Shown here: positions 50,637-60,947 of the stretch, piece by piece
Numbering within the stretch: the stretch's first letter is position 1
Layout: each line of letters begins with the position of its first letter
Assembly (NCBI GenBank): GCA_026983835.1
Contig: JALSTH010000040.1
Span: 510-64,509 of the forward strand
Length of the DNA stretch: 64,000 nucleotides
Direction of reading: 5' to 3'
From: Candidatus Zixiibacteriota bacterium
Lineage (GTDB): Bacteria; Zixibacteria; MSB-5A5; UM-FILTER-46-8
The notes under the pieces: generated by a model
Seen by the model: only the letters and a program-made list of their open reading frames with translations
Told to the model about the DNA's origin: nothing
Database searches by the model: none
Position numbers and translations under genes: made by a program

Positions 50637-51215
50637 ATGGAGAAGGTAGGAATACTTGGGGGAGTTTTCGATCCAATTCACATAGGCCATTTGCATATTG
50701 CCGATGGTGCTTTGAGGATTTTAGGTTTATCGAAAATTATATTTATCCCGTCAGGGGATCCGCCTCATAAGGCGAGATCTCCGTTTGCGTCCGGAGAATG
50801 TCGTTCGGAGATGATACTGATGGCAACCGCCGATAATCCCGCATTTGATCTCTCCTATTTGGAATTGAACAGAGAGGGCAAATCATACACCGCCGATACC
50901 CTCGACAGCCTTCGTAGAACCAATCCTGATTGGAAAATGTATTTCATAATGGGGGGGGATAATCGCGCGGAGATATTGGCTTGGAAGCAGCCTGAGCGGA
51001 TATTTGCTTTGGCTGAGGTTGTAATTGTCAACAGACCCGGATTTGACGATGATGCGGATATAAAACTGCCTTGGGAGACGATAGAGATCGATCTTCCCGG
51101 AATAGATTTATCATCGAGCCAGATCAGGCGGTTTATCAAAGATAAAATCCCCTGCAGGTATCTATTGCCCCCGGGAGTGGAGGATTATATAGTGCGGAAG
51201 GGGTTATATACTTAG
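50637..51215 (+). CDS. nadD: Nicotinate-nucleotide adenylyltransferase
   Basis: VGILGGVFDPIHIGHL (H/T-x-G-H) nucleotidyltransferase motif and C-terminal SSSQIR. Confidence 0.85.
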   Translation: MEKVGILGGVFDPIHIGHLHIADGALRILGLSKIIFIPSGDPPHKARSPFASGECRSEMILMATADNPAFDLSYLELNREGKSYTADTLDSLRRTNPDWKMYFIMGGDNRAEILAWKQPERIFALAEVVIVNRPGFDDDADIKLPWETIEIDLPGIDLSSSQIRRFIKDKIPCRYLLPPGVEDYIVRKGLYT

Positions 51216-51246
51216 CCATTTTCCATAAGGGTTAATAGGATATTTT

Positions 51247-53946
51247 ATGTCTGAAAAGTTAATTTTAGTTGATGGAACCGCCTTGGCGTATAGAAGTTAT
51301 TTTGCTTTTATGCGGCGGCATCTGATCTCCTCGAGGGGGGAGATCACCTCCACCTCCTTCGGCTTCATAAATTCAATTCTCAAACTCAAACGGATATATA
51401 ACCCCGATTACCTCGTAATATCCTTCGATTTGGGCGCGCCGACAATCCGTCATAGAATATATCCCGAATATAAATCCACCCGCGCCAAAATGCCCGATGA
51501 TATGGTCGAAACCCTCCCGAGATTATATCAGATTGCCGATGCTTTGAATTTGCCGGTAGTCGAGAGGGAAGGAGTCGAAGCGGATGATATTATCGGCACT
51601 TTGGCAGTTAAGGGTGCTGAAAAATGCTTTGGGGTTTATATCTATACGGGCGATAAGGATTTCTTCCAGTTGGTAAACAACAAAATAAACATAATTATCC
51701 CGGGTAGAAAAGGTGATGAGGATATTATCTTGGATCCCCAAGGCGTTAAAGCAAAATTCGGCGTTCCTCCCGATAAAGTGGTGGATGTTTTAGCGCTTAT
51801 GGGCGATTCCGCGGACAATATCCCCGGGGTGCCGGGTATCGGACCCAAAACGGCAATTCAATTGATCAATCAGTATGGCAGTTTCGACCATCTATTCGCC
51901 TCGATAAGTTCTCTGACGAAAAAGAGCCTCAAAGAGAAATTATCTGCAAACAGGGAACAAGCCGAACTCTCAAAACAACTCGTTATCATAAATACATCCA
52001 TCGATTTGCAGATCGATTGGGGCAAATTCAGGGTCTCCGAACCAAATCTCGATAAGCTATTGCCGTTGCTTAAGGAACTCGAATTTGAGAAACTGCTAGA
52101 TGAGTTTTCCCCGGGTGCCGCTTTGAGCGAAAAAAAAGCTAATGTAGATTATCGGTTGATTAAAAACATCGGGGAATTGAAGGAGCTTGCAAAGGAGCTG
52201 GAAAAGGCGGGACAATTTGCCATCGATACCGAAACGACCTCGCTTCAAGCACGAAAGGCTGAGTTAGTGGGAATCTCCATCTCCTATGAAAACGGGAAGG
52301 CGTATTATCTGCCCATGGGACATAACAACACGGACAAAAACCTCCCCCTTGCCGAAACCATTTCACTTATTGGAAAACTATGTAGGGATGATAAACTAAC
52401 TAAAATCGCCCAAAACCTAAAATATGACCTTCAGGTCCTTAAAAACTATAATTTGGACATTAGGGGACCGCAATTCGACACTATGCTCGCTTCCTATGTT
52501 CTCAATCCGTCGGCAAGACAGCATGGACTTTCCGCATTGGCGATGGAGTATCTCAATTATTCTATGCAGGGTATATCCGAATTAATCGGAAAGGGCAAGA
52601 AGCAGAAATCGTTTGCCGAGGTCCCTGTGGAGGATGCGGTTTTCTATTCCTGTGAGGATGCCGATATTACCCATCGTCTATATAATATCTTTAAAACAAA
52701 GTTGGCGGAGAATAAATTAGAGAAGGTCTTTTATGAAATCGAAATGCCTTTGGTGGAAGTATTACGGAGTATGGAGGAAGTCGGGATAAGGGTGGATAAA
52801 AACAAATTAAAAGAGATATCCAAACATCTTGCCGACGAGCTTGATAAATTAACCGCCGAGATCTACGAATACTCCGGATACGAATTTAACATAAATTCCC
52901 CGATACAGCTTCAAAAAGTGCTTTTCGATGATTTGAAACTGCCCTCAAAGGGTAAGACCGCCAAAAGGGCCGGACTTTCGACCGATGCTTCGGTTCTTGA
53001 GGAGCTTGCTGAAATCCATCCGCTTCCCAAATTGCTTTTGGAATATCGTGAATTGATGAAGGTGAAATCCACCTATTCCGATGCTTTGGTGGAGCTTATC
53101 GACCCCCAAACCGAGCGTATTCATACCAGTTTTAATCAGGCTGTTACCGCCACCGGAAGGTTGTCGTCCGCCAATCCCAACCTCCAAAACATCCCCGTAA
53201 GGACCGAGCTGGGCAGGGAAGTCAGGGAAGCTTTTATCCCCACCAATGAGGATTATACATTTCTGTCGGCGGATTATTCGCAAATCGAACTTCGGCTTGT
53301 GGCGCATATCGCTGATGATAAGGCGATGATAGAATCCTTTCTGCGTGATGAGGATATCCATACCCGAACGGCGGCGGAGGTTTTCGGGGTGGATATCGAG
53401 GATGTTACTCCGGATATGCGGCGTAAATCAAAGATAACCAATTTTTCCATAATCTATGGGGTTTCGCCCTATGGGTTGTCAAGACAGGCGGAGATGTCCG
53501 TACAGGAGTCGAAGCAGTTTATTGATATTTATTTTCGGCGGTATCCGGGTGTCAAAAAGTATATGGAGGAGATTGTGAAGTTCGCTGAGGAGAAGGGTTA
53601 TGTATCCACTATCTTTGGAAGGCGAAGATACATACCGGATATCAAATCGCGAAACCATCAAGTGCGCGAATTTGCCAAAAGGACAGCCATCAATACACCT
53701 ATACAGGGTTCGGCTGCCGATGTAATTAAATTAGCGATGATAAAAATATATAATGAGCTCTCCAGTCGAGGTTTCAAAAGTAAAATGGTGCTTCAGGTTC
53801 ACGATGAGCTTTTATTTGATGTCTATTTGGCGGAGCTTGGGGACATAAGGGAAATAATCAAAAACGGGATGGAAAATGTTATAGAGCTCAAGGTTCCTTT
53901 GAGGGTTGAAATCGGAATTGGCAAAAACTGGTTGGAGGCGCATTGA
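51247..53946 (+). CDS. polA: DNA polymerase I
   Basis: 5'-3' exonuclease N-terminus (LILVDGTALAYRSYFAF), 3'-5' exo region, polymerase motifs A/B/C (LSADYSQIELRLVAH, RRKSKITNFSIIYG, QVHDELLFD). Confidence 0.95.
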   Translation: MSEKLILVDGTALAYRSYFAFMRRHLISSRGEITSTSFGFINSILKLKRIYNPDYLVISFDLGAPTIRHRIYPEYKSTRAKMPDDMVETLPRLYQIADALNLPVVEREGVEADDIIGTLAVKGAEKCFGVYIYTGDKDFFQLVNNKINIIIPGRKGDEDIILDPQGVKAKFGVPPDKVVDVLALMGDSADNIPGVPGIGPKTAIQLINQYGSFDHLFASISSLTKKSLKEKLSANREQAELSKQLVIINTSIDLQIDWGKFRVSEPNLDKLLPLLKELEFEKLLDEFSPGAALSEKKANVDYRLIKNIGELKELAKELEKAGQFAIDTETTSLQARKAELVGISISYENGKAYYLPMGHNNTDKNLPLAETISLIGKLCRDDKLTKIAQNLKYDLQVLKNYNLDIRGPQFDTMLASYVLNPSARQHGLSALAMEYLNYSMQGISELIGKGKKQKSFAEVPVEDAVFYSCEDADITHRLYNIFKTKLAENKLEKVFYEIEMPLVEVLRSMEEVGIRVDKNKLKEISKHLADELDKLTAEIYEYSGYEFNINSPIQLQKVLFDDLKLPSKGKTAKRAGLSTDASVLEELAEIHPLPKLLLEYRELMKVKSTYSDALVELIDPQTERIHTSFNQAVTATGRLSSANPNLQNIPVRTELGREVREAFIPTNEDYTFLSADYSQIELRLVAHIADDKAMIESFLRDEDIHTRTAAEVFGVDIEDVTPDMRRKSKITNFSIIYGVSPYGLSRQAEMSVQESKQFIDIYFRRYPGVKKYMEEIVKFAEEKGYVSTIFGRRRYIPDIKSRNHQVREFAKRTAINTPIQGSAADVIKLAMIKIYNELSSRGFKSKMVLQVHDELLFDVYLAELGDIREIIKNGMENVIELKVPLRVEIGIGKNWLEAH

Positions 53947-53950
53947 TAAT

Positions 53951-54550
53951 ATGTCGGTTGTAGGTTTAACGGGCTCTCCGGGAGCGGGCAAAACAACGAT
54001 CGCCAATATATTCAAGGAGTTGGGGGCGGAGATTGTCTCTGCGGATGAAATCGGCAGGGAGGTGGTCGAATCCAATTCGGAAGTTTTGGAGGCGTTGATA
54101 AAAGCTTTTGGGAAAGACATTTTGGACGAGAGGGGAAATTTAAATCGCAGACAGTTGAGCGGAATTGTTTTTTCCTCCGATGATGCGCTTAAAAAACTAA
54201 ACCGAATAGTCCATCCCTCTTTGCTGATGGAATTAAAGCGGATAATCGATGAGCATCGCTTTGCAAAGGGGGAAAAATTGATGATTGTTGATGCGGCGTT
54301 GATTTATGAATGGGGGATTGCGGATTGGTTTGATGCGGTGATAGTTGTTTATGCTGACCTTTGGTTGCGGATAAAACGGTTGAAATCGCTGGGTTTAACC
54401 GAAAGTGAAGTGATGGGCAGAACCGATTCCCAACTGCCGCAGGAGGAGAAAATCCGTCGTTCCGACTACACGATAGAGAACAACGGATTGCTCAAAGATA
54501 TCCGCCCCGAAGTTGAAAAACTTTATCGTATTTTAATGCGCCCGAAATAG
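53951..54550 (+). CDS. coaE: Dephospho-CoA kinase
   Basis: MSVVGLTGSPGAGKTTIANIF P-loop. ATG 53951 is preferred over ORF start 53906, which overlaps polA. Confidence 0.85.
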   Translation: MSVVGLTGSPGAGKTTIANIFKELGAEIVSADEIGREVVESNSEVLEALIKAFGKDILDERGNLNRRQLSGIVFSSDDALKKLNRIVHPSLLMELKRIIDEHRFAKGEKLMIVDAALIYEWGIADWFDAVIVVYADLWLRIKRLKSLGLTESEVMGRTDSQLPQEEKIRRSDYTIENNGLLKDIRPEVEKLYRILMRPK

Positions 54551-54661
54551 CTGACTACAAATTTAGCGAGACTTATTAGCGGGAACCAAATGGGTGGATT
54601 ATGATGGGGAAATACTAATAGGGAAAACTGGGATGATAATTTCGATGGGGGGGAATAAAAC

Positions 54662-54690
54662 TTGCGAAAAGTTTTTGGGGTTGATATAAT
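54662..54690 (+). promoter_or_regulatory. Consensus-like sigma-70 promoter: TTGCGA – 17 bp – TATAAT
   Basis: Read from sequence: -35 at 54662-54667, 17-nt spacer, -10 TATAAT at 54685-54690, in the AT-rich intergenic region after coaE. Confidence 0.4.
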
Positions 54691-54722
54691 ATAATTTGAG
54701 AAATATTCAAATTGGCCTAATT

Positions 54723-54799
54723 AGAAGCACTTATAGAAATAGAAAGTACGAAGGAGCTAAAAACTGCTCTTGGGTTCGAGTCCCAGTTTCACTGCTTCT
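54723..54799 (+). ncRNA. tRNA-like element: 7-bp acceptor-like stem AGAAGCA/TGCTTCT enclosing a GGAGC hairpin and a canonical T-arm (TTGGG-TTCGAGT-CCCAG). It is not a canonical tRNA: no D-arm, and 6 extra nt sit between T-stem and acceptor.
   Basis: GGTTCGAGTCC T-loop motif and the exact 7-nt inverted repeat are read from sequence. Lies between the promoter at 54662-54690 and the hairpin terminator at 54856-54880. Confidence 0.35.
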
Positions 54800-54855
54800 T
54801 AATAAAGGGAATATTTCCGAATAAATTCTCGAAATGTTCATAAAAAAGCAGTATC

Positions 54856-54880
54856 CTTCGGATAAAATCCGAGATTTTTA
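54856..54880 (+). terminator. Small rho-independent terminator (CTTCGGA-taaaa-TCCGAG + ATTTTTA) upstream of the RloC-like gene
   Basis: 6-bp stem including a G·U pair, 5-nt loop, T-tract. Confidence 0.4.
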
Positions 54881-54936
54881 AGCAGGCTCTAATAGGATTA
54901 TATCGGAGGAGTTTAAAATTATTTAAGGTCAAAAAG

Positions 54937-57381
54937 ATGATAAAAAGAATTAAAAAAATTAAGGGAGTTGGAAGATTTTTGAATGTCGGCCATACGGAGC
55001 TTGGCCGATTAACCTTAATCTATGGCCCTAATTGTTATGGCAAGTCAACCCTTTCTGATATTTTCCGTTCAATAGCGAATAAAAATCAAGAGATTTTATC
55101 AAACAGATATTCTATTGTAAGAAATGGTGGCCCTATTGCCCAAGAAATATGTTTTAGCGTTAAAACTGATGTGGATCAGACAGAACAAGATATTTCTTGC
55201 GTTGACCGAAAGTGGAATACAGGAAGCTTCAATTACTCGATAGAAGTTTTTGACTCTCGGTTTATTGAGGATAATGTTTTTACCGGTTTAACAATTTCAA
55301 GGGACAATAAAAAAAACCTTACCAATTTGTTGATAGGTGAAAAAAGTGTTGAGATTGGCAAACAAATAGACTCTTTAAAAAATAAATCGCTTCACGAAAA
55401 GACAAAAGATATTGGCGAACTTGAGGATTCGCTCAAAAGAAATTTGGGAACTTTAAATTTAGGAATAAGTCTTGAAGACTTTATATCAGTCGAGAAGCCG
55501 GATGATATTGAAACGACTAAATCTAAATTAACTATGCTTCAAGAAAATCTGAAGAAAGTTATAAAATTAATTTCGGAAAAGAATAAGATTCTCGAACTCG
55601 ATGGACCATTAATACTTTCTATAGAAGATCCCGAGCCGACAATTAAAATTCTAAAAGATTCGCTGGAAAAAGGTTTTGAAGATATAAACGATACTGCATA
55701 TAAGCGAATGCGAGAACATATAGAACAACACTTCAAATCCCACGATGGCGAAGAAGAAGAGTGGATTGAAAAAGGGGTAAATGCCTATCTTAAACAAAAT
55801 AAAGATACAACCGTCTTAAATTGTCCGTTTTGTAGTCAATCTTTAGCTACAGTTGTTGATCTTATTGAGACATATAAAACAGTGTTCAGCGAGGAATATG
55901 AAAGCTTTTATAATGAAGCTCTTAGAATGCTGGACGATAAACATCAAGAATTCAATAAAATTATTAACAACATTAAATTAGTAGAAAATTCAGTAAATAA
56001 AAATTTGGCAATTTGCGGACGCTGGCAGGGTTATTTTACAGACGAGACCCAAAAACTCATTGAACAAATAGATAATTTCAGCAATAAAGTGAATAAATCC
56101 AAAAGCAACCTCGTAGGGCTAATGGAAGAAGTTTCCGGCAAATTTGGAGAACTTATCGGTGAAAAAAAGAAGAAGCCTTTTGTTTCTATTAAGGAATTTC
56201 CTACTGGCGATAAATTACTAACCACTTATCAGCAATTCGCAGAAATGGTAAATAAATACAATGAAGACGTAAAGTTACTTATTATAGAAATAAACACCCT
56301 TAAAACAAGGAGTCAGAATGACCAACTAGTAAAAGAGTCAGAAAACTTGAGCAATAAAATAGAGGACATAAAAACAAAAATAAAAAGATCCGAATTAGCG
56401 GCAGATATAGACAAATATCAACTTTTAAAAAGAGAGAAAGATAAAATAGAACAGGAAATTAAAAAATTGCAGGAAAAACTAGAGCAAGAAAATACAAAAT
56501 TCATTGAGCAATACTTTCAGGATACAACGCACATTTTTAATAGATTAGGCTCTATTGACTTTGAAATTCAGACAACTTATAGACGTTGGGGAGGTCAGCC
56601 GGTATATGAACCGACAATCAAATTTGCAAACGAAGAAATTACTTTTAATCGATTACCATTTATATTTAGTGATGCGGACAGGAGGGCTTTGGCATTTTCA
56701 ATTTTCATTTCAAAACTCAGAAATAAAAGTGAGGCTGAATTAAAAAATACCATCGTTTTTTTAGACGATCCAATAACCAGCTTTGACGACAATAGAATTT
56801 CACAGACCTTTATAGAGATTAAGAATCTTACAACATCTTGCCGCCAATTAATTATAGCTGCACATCACAGCAGATTTTTACTTGATACTTACGAGAAACT
56901 AAAAAGCCTTCCGAATCTGGATTTAAAATTTATTGAAATCAAAAGAGATGGTTTTGGTACCCTCTTTGGGTTGGTTAGTGATCCTAAAACTAGATTAGAC
57001 CCCCATGCTCAAGAAATAGAGAAGGTGGAAAGATTTATTAATGGCGATTCTGATGTAAACGCGTCGGACGTGCGTAGATCATTAAGACCAATACTAGAAA
57101 AAGAGATAGAGTGGAGGTTCAGAAGAGACTTAAAAGGAGTATCTTTTGAGGGGCTTGGCGATATTGTTACCAAACTGAAAGAAAAAAATTCAATAAGCGA
57201 GAAGATAGCAAGAAGGATTTACGACTTTAATGACGTACTTATAGATGACCATCACGAAACAACTTTAGATACGAATGAAGATACAAGAAATTTGTCTAGA
57301 GATATCATTGAATTTATTTTTAAAGAACTAATCCCTAATAGTAAGTCCTTGAATTCTGAATTTAAAAAACTTGATAAATAG
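54937..57381 (+). CDS. RloC-like (AAA_13 family) ABC-type ATPase with coiled-coil insert carrying a CxxC zinc-hook; candidate anticodon-nuclease/defence protein
   Basis: N-terminal IKKIKGVGRFLNVGHTELGRLTLIYGPNCYGKSTL (Walker A). Roughly 500-aa K/E-rich coiled coil containing LNCPFCSQSL. Distal signature-like FSDADRRALAFSIF, Walker B IVFLDDPITSFDDNR, H-loop IIAAHHSRF. About 160-aa C-terminal domain. The gene is very AT-rich. Confidence 0.6.
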   Translation: MIKRIKKIKGVGRFLNVGHTELGRLTLIYGPNCYGKSTLSDIFRSIANKNQEILSNRYSIVRNGGPIAQEICFSVKTDVDQTEQDISCVDRKWNTGSFNYSIEVFDSRFIEDNVFTGLTISRDNKKNLTNLLIGEKSVEIGKQIDSLKNKSLHEKTKDIGELEDSLKRNLGTLNLGISLEDFISVEKPDDIETTKSKLTMLQENLKKVIKLISEKNKILELDGPLILSIEDPEPTIKILKDSLEKGFEDINDTAYKRMREHIEQHFKSHDGEEEEWIEKGVNAYLKQNKDTTVLNCPFCSQSLATVVDLIETYKTVFSEEYESFYNEALRMLDDKHQEFNKIINNIKLVENSVNKNLAICGRWQGYFTDETQKLIEQIDNFSNKVNKSKSNLVGLMEEVSGKFGELIGEKKKKPFVSIKEFPTGDKLLTTYQQFAEMVNKYNEDVKLLIIEINTLKTRSQNDQLVKESENLSNKIEDIKTKIKRSELAADIDKYQLLKREKDKIEQEIKKLQEKLEQENTKFIEQYFQDTTHIFNRLGSIDFEIQTTYRRWGGQPVYEPTIKFANEEITFNRLPFIFSDADRRALAFSIFISKLRNKSEAELKNTIVFLDDPITSFDDNRISQTFIEIKNLTTSCRQLIIAAHHSRFLLDTYEKLKSLPNLDLKFIEIKRDGFGTLFGLVSDPKTRLDPHAQEIEKVERFINGDSDVNASDVRRSLRPILEKEIEWRFRRDLKGVSFEGLGDIVTKLKEKNSISEKIARRIYDFNDVLIDDHHETTLDTNEDTRNLSRDIIEFIFKELIPNSKSLNSEFKKLDK

Positions 57382-57542
57382 GGATTTTGGTGGATAATAA
57401 AACTAACTTTACCTACCGCCCTTTATTTTGTAGCCCGTCGCTTTCTGAAAAAATTTCGGTAAAGTTAGATAGCAGGTGGTGAGGATAATCCATCGCCTGT
57501 TGAGTCTTTAAAAAATTGGGTTTAATATTATATTCCCAGGGA

Positions 57543-58691
57543 TCATTCGGTAAATAAATCCAGGTACTCTTTTAATATGAACATTCTGTTTCGCGAAAAG
57601 CCAGTGTATTCTCTTAAAATATTAATCTCCACAAGATCCTTTATGAGAGAGTTTGCTGCTTTATAAGATACATCAAGAACATCCTGCGCCTGACGGACAC
57701 CGATAATAGGTTTCCCAAACATATATTCAAGAAGTCTATTGCCCGATTTCGCCCTTCTCCCCAGTTTTAATATCTCATTATCATATCTCCTTTTCAATTT
57801 GATAATATTCTCTAAAGTCATCTTGCCGTTTTCTACGGTTTCTATTATTACTGAAAGGAAAAATATTATCCACTGTTCAATATCATTTTTTAGCCGAACA
57901 GAGTTTAATATATCATAATAGGCGGCGCGGTGCTTCTCAAAAAAGTAGGAAATGTAAAGAGTAGGCTTTCGTAATAAACCATAATAAATCAATTGCAGAG
58001 TTATAAGCAACCGCCCTATCCTACCATTGCCGTCTAAAAAGGGATGTATCGTTTCAAATTGATAGTGAGTTAAAGCTACTTTTATAAGGTGCGGTATGCC
58101 AAGGGATTCATTGTGCCAAAATTTCTCCAAATCTTTTAAAAGGTTAGGCAATTCCCTATGATGAGGAGGAACGAAAGAAGCGTTGCGCAAATTTGATCCC
58201 CCAATCCAATTTTGACTTTTGCGGATTTCCCCCGGTTGCTTTTGCTGACCCCGTACCCCTGATAATAGAATTTTATGTGTCTCCCCTATCAATCGCATAC
58301 AGAGAGGTAATTCCTTAAGTTTATCAACCGCAAAATTAATTGCTTTTATGTAATTTTGAACTTCCTCCCAATCGTCTCTTATCTCCGGTTTTATTTCCTC
58401 CTTCGGGAGGACAGCTTCAGTTATATTGGTTTTCGTACCTTCGATTTTACTTGAGGTCGTAGCCTCTTTTATAATATGCATTTGAATAAAAAAATCGACA
58501 TCTGGGACAAGTAAAGAATAGGCATTTAATTCCCCTAAAAGCCTTGCAGCCTTTTCTAACAAAATATCTATATCGGCACTATGCCATTTGAACCTTTTAT
58601 TGACATAGTTTGGTGTGAAGCTTTTATATTCGGATTCTGTTGCCCTGAGCTGTTTTTCGTATTTGCCGGAAGCAAAATCCATTTCATCCAT
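57543..58691 (-). CDS. Fic-family protein (AMPylator-type), class II: N-terminal inhibitory motif present
   Basis: Canonical Fic motif [14 protein letters not shown] (HxFx[D/E]GNGRxxR). Upstream SSKIEG matches the [S/T]xxxE[G/N] inhibitory helix. Confidence 0.85.
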   Translation of the reverse strand: MDEMDFASGKYEKQLRATESEYKSFTPNYVNKRFKWHSADIDILLEKAARLLGELNAYSLLVPDVDFFIQMHIIKEATTSSKIEGTKTNITEAVLPKEEIKPEIRDDWEEVQNYIKAINFAVDKLKELPLCMRLIGETHKILLSGVRGQQKQPGEIRKSQNWIGGSNLRNASFVPPHHRELPNLLKDLEKFWHNESLGIPHLIKVALTHYQFETIHPFLDGNGRIGRLLITLQLIYYGLLRKPTLYISYFFEKHRAAYYDILNSVRLKNDIEQWIIFFLSVIIETVENGKMTLENIIKLKRRYDNEILKLGRRAKSGNRLLEYMFGKPIIGVRQAQDVLDVSYKAANSLIKDLVEINILREYTGFSRNRMFILKEYLDLFTE

Positions 58692-58884
58692 ATATTCTTA
58701 TCCTAATTAGATTATGCCGATAAAAAGTAAAATATAAAATTCCTTATGTTCATTTTAGCTCTAAAAGTAAAATAAGGCAAATTATATTTTACTTTTAGGT
58801 AAATATGGAAGATTTAACACCCCCTCGTTCTATAAATACTATAATAATTTTAGGAATATCTGTTTTCCATAATATTTCGTAAAG

Positions 58885-58912
58885 AAAGCGGCGGAAGAAT
58901 GTCCGCCGCTTT
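58885..58912 (-). terminator. Rho-independent terminator (AAAGCGGCGG-aagaatgt-CCGCCGCTTT) downstream of the minus-strand FG-GAP gene; A/T-flanked, possibly bidirectional
   Basis: 10-bp perfect stem read from sequence, 35 nt past the stop of the 58947-60947 gene. Confidence 0.6.
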
Positions 58913-58946
58913 AATATGTTCGTTTCAGCAATACTTAATAATTATG

Positions 58947-60947
58947 CTATTTCACCAGCGTCATCTTCTTAATCGATGTCTTGCCTAAATTGGTGAGTTT
59001 TGCGTAATATATTCCGCTCGGCATATCCGCGGCATTCCATCTTATACTGTGCGTTCCCGCCGACAAATAACCATCAACCAGCTTCGCCACCTCCCGCCCG
59101 GCGATATTATAAACCGTCAAGTCAACCTCTCCCCCATAAACCAAAGAAAAGTTGATATTGGTCGCCGCATTGAAAGGATTCGGATAATTGCCGTGCAAAG
59201 CAAACTCGACAGGATGCGAAGCGTTGGAATTATCATCGGGGAGCTTGATATCGTGATTCTCGTTCCATTTATCGAGACCGACCACATCCCAATCGGCGGA
59301 GTTTCCACCCGCACCTTCAATTACCGTGAACGGAAACGATGCCGAGCTGATTACGCTGTCGGGATAATCCCCACAATAAGCGATATAATTATAGTCGCCC
59401 AACGGTGCATAACCCGGAATATGTTGGGTCATAGCAGCTGTCAAGGTATCGTGAGGGAGCATAATTATATGATCCATTTCCTGAATCGGACCATAAATTC
59501 CATAATCGGGGACATCGAGCATAATCCACACATCGGTAACCTGAACATCAGCCGTGTTGTTGATAAGCACGCCTGTGTATTGGAAACTACCGCCCGGCGT
59601 GACTACAACGGGGTCTTCGGCAGGTATCATATCGATGTAGATATCCGGCATAGAACCGCCCGATATGGCGAACATCTTGCCACCGCTGGAGAGATATTGA
59701 GTGCCGGCGATAATATCACAGTTCCCATCGCCATCCAGATCGCCCGCCGCCCGAACCGTTTTCAGACGGTTTCCGGTATTGTACTGCCACAATATCGAGC
59801 CATCGGAACCATCGCAGAGATAAACATTATAATCGAAACTCCCACCGACAACCTCATCGATACCATCCTGCGTGACATCGGGAACATTATCGATAGTCCA
59901 GACATCACCGCCGTTTAAATCCCCCACAGTTGTGCTCCAATTGACCGCTCCGGTGGCGCCATCAAGGGAGATGATACGATTATCCCAACTGGCAACCAAC
60001 GCCTCCGGAATACCATCGCCGTTCTGATCGCCGCCGACTTTAACCTCCATCACGCTTGTGCCGATATTCGATTGCCAAATAAGGTCTCCATTTGCCGCCG
60101 ATAAGCAGTAAACATTTTCGGACCACGAACCGGCTAAAACATCCTGCAATCCATCGCCGTCCACATCGACGAAACCTTCGACATCCCAAACTGATTGGCC
60201 TGTATGGTATTCCCAAATCAAAGTACCGGTAGCACCATCAACGCAAATTACTCTATCTTCATACGGATCGCCGGCGCCGATAATTGCCTCCGGGGCATCA
60301 TCGTAGTTGATCGAGCCTATGGAAGAAACGGCGAAAACCGCATCATTTGCTTGGAATTTCCAAATCAGCGAACCGTCAACGCCTGACAGGGCTACCGCAG
60401 CATCTTGATAGGAACCAAAGCCAGCCAAGACATCAGGGATGCCATCGAAATTCAAATCGCCGGTCATATGTATTGAATAGCACCAACCACTGGGTTCGTG
60501 GACATAAGTATCGTAAACCCATTCGGTAGAGCCATCGGCGCCATTGATAAGGAAAGCACTTCTGCCACCCCAAGCGGTGCCTAATAAAACCTCATCGATT
60601 CCATCGCCATCATCGTCGGTATAGCGGGAAAGGCAGTCATCACCATAACCTCCCCCGGATGATACGCCACCTTGGGGTCCGGCAGACCAAAGGACGACAG
60701 GACTGCCGTTATTTCCGGGACCTGACAAACAAAACAGGTTATGATCGCCTTGATAAGCTGAATTACCCCAGATGCCGACTACATCGGGATGGGAATCGCC
60801 ATCGACATCGGAGAATCCCATCACGCAGACACAATGATCATCCGGACCTTGATAGGACCAGATAAGGTCGCCCGCTTGGTAAGCAAACGAGCTACCCGCA
60901 AAGAGCATTACCCCAAGGAGAACAACGCCAGTTAACATTTTTCGCAT
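58947..60947 (-). CDS. FG-GAP/beta-propeller repeat T9SS cargo protein
   Basis: Signal peptide. Repeated ...DVDGDG..D...G....-type FG-GAP/VCBS-like units. T9SS CTD GNYPNPFNAATNINFSL...GIYYAKLTNLGKTSIKKMTLVK. Confidence 0.65.
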   Translation of the reverse strand: MRKMLTGVVLLGVMLFAGSSFAYQAGDLIWSYQGPDDHCVCVMGFSDVDGDSHPDVVGIWGNSAYQGDHNLFCLSGPGNNGSPVVLWSAGPQGGVSSGGGYGDDCLSRYTDDDGDGIDEVLLGTAWGGRSAFLINGADGSTEWVYDTYVHEPSGWCYSIHMTGDLNFDGIPDVLAGFGSYQDAAVALSGVDGSLIWKFQANDAVFAVSSIGSINYDDAPEAIIGAGDPYEDRVICVDGATGTLIWEYHTGQSVWDVEGFVDVDGDGLQDVLAGSWSENVYCLSAANGDLIWQSNIGTSVMEVKVGGDQNGDGIPEALVASWDNRIISLDGATGAVNWSTTVGDLNGGDVWTIDNVPDVTQDGIDEVVGGSFDYNVYLCDGSDGSILWQYNTGNRLKTVRAAGDLDGDGNCDIIAGTQYLSSGGKMFAISGGSMPDIYIDMIPAEDPVVVTPGGSFQYTGVLINNTADVQVTDVWIMLDVPDYGIYGPIQEMDHIIMLPHDTLTAAMTQHIPGYAPLGDYNYIAYCGDYPDSVISSASFPFTVIEGAGGNSADWDVVGLDKWNENHDIKLPDDNSNASHPVEFALHGNYPNPFNAATNINFSLVYGGEVDLTVYNIAGREVAKLVDGYLSAGTHSIRWNAADMPSGIYYAKLTNLGKTSIKKMTLVK

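Noticed and set aside
54723-54799. Calling the tRNA-like element a bona fide tRNA gene
   Set aside because: The T-arm and 7-bp terminal stem are convincing. There is no D-arm, there are 6 unpaired nt between T-stem and 3' acceptor strand, and there is no sensible anticodon loop. Kept only as a tRNA-like or remnant element.
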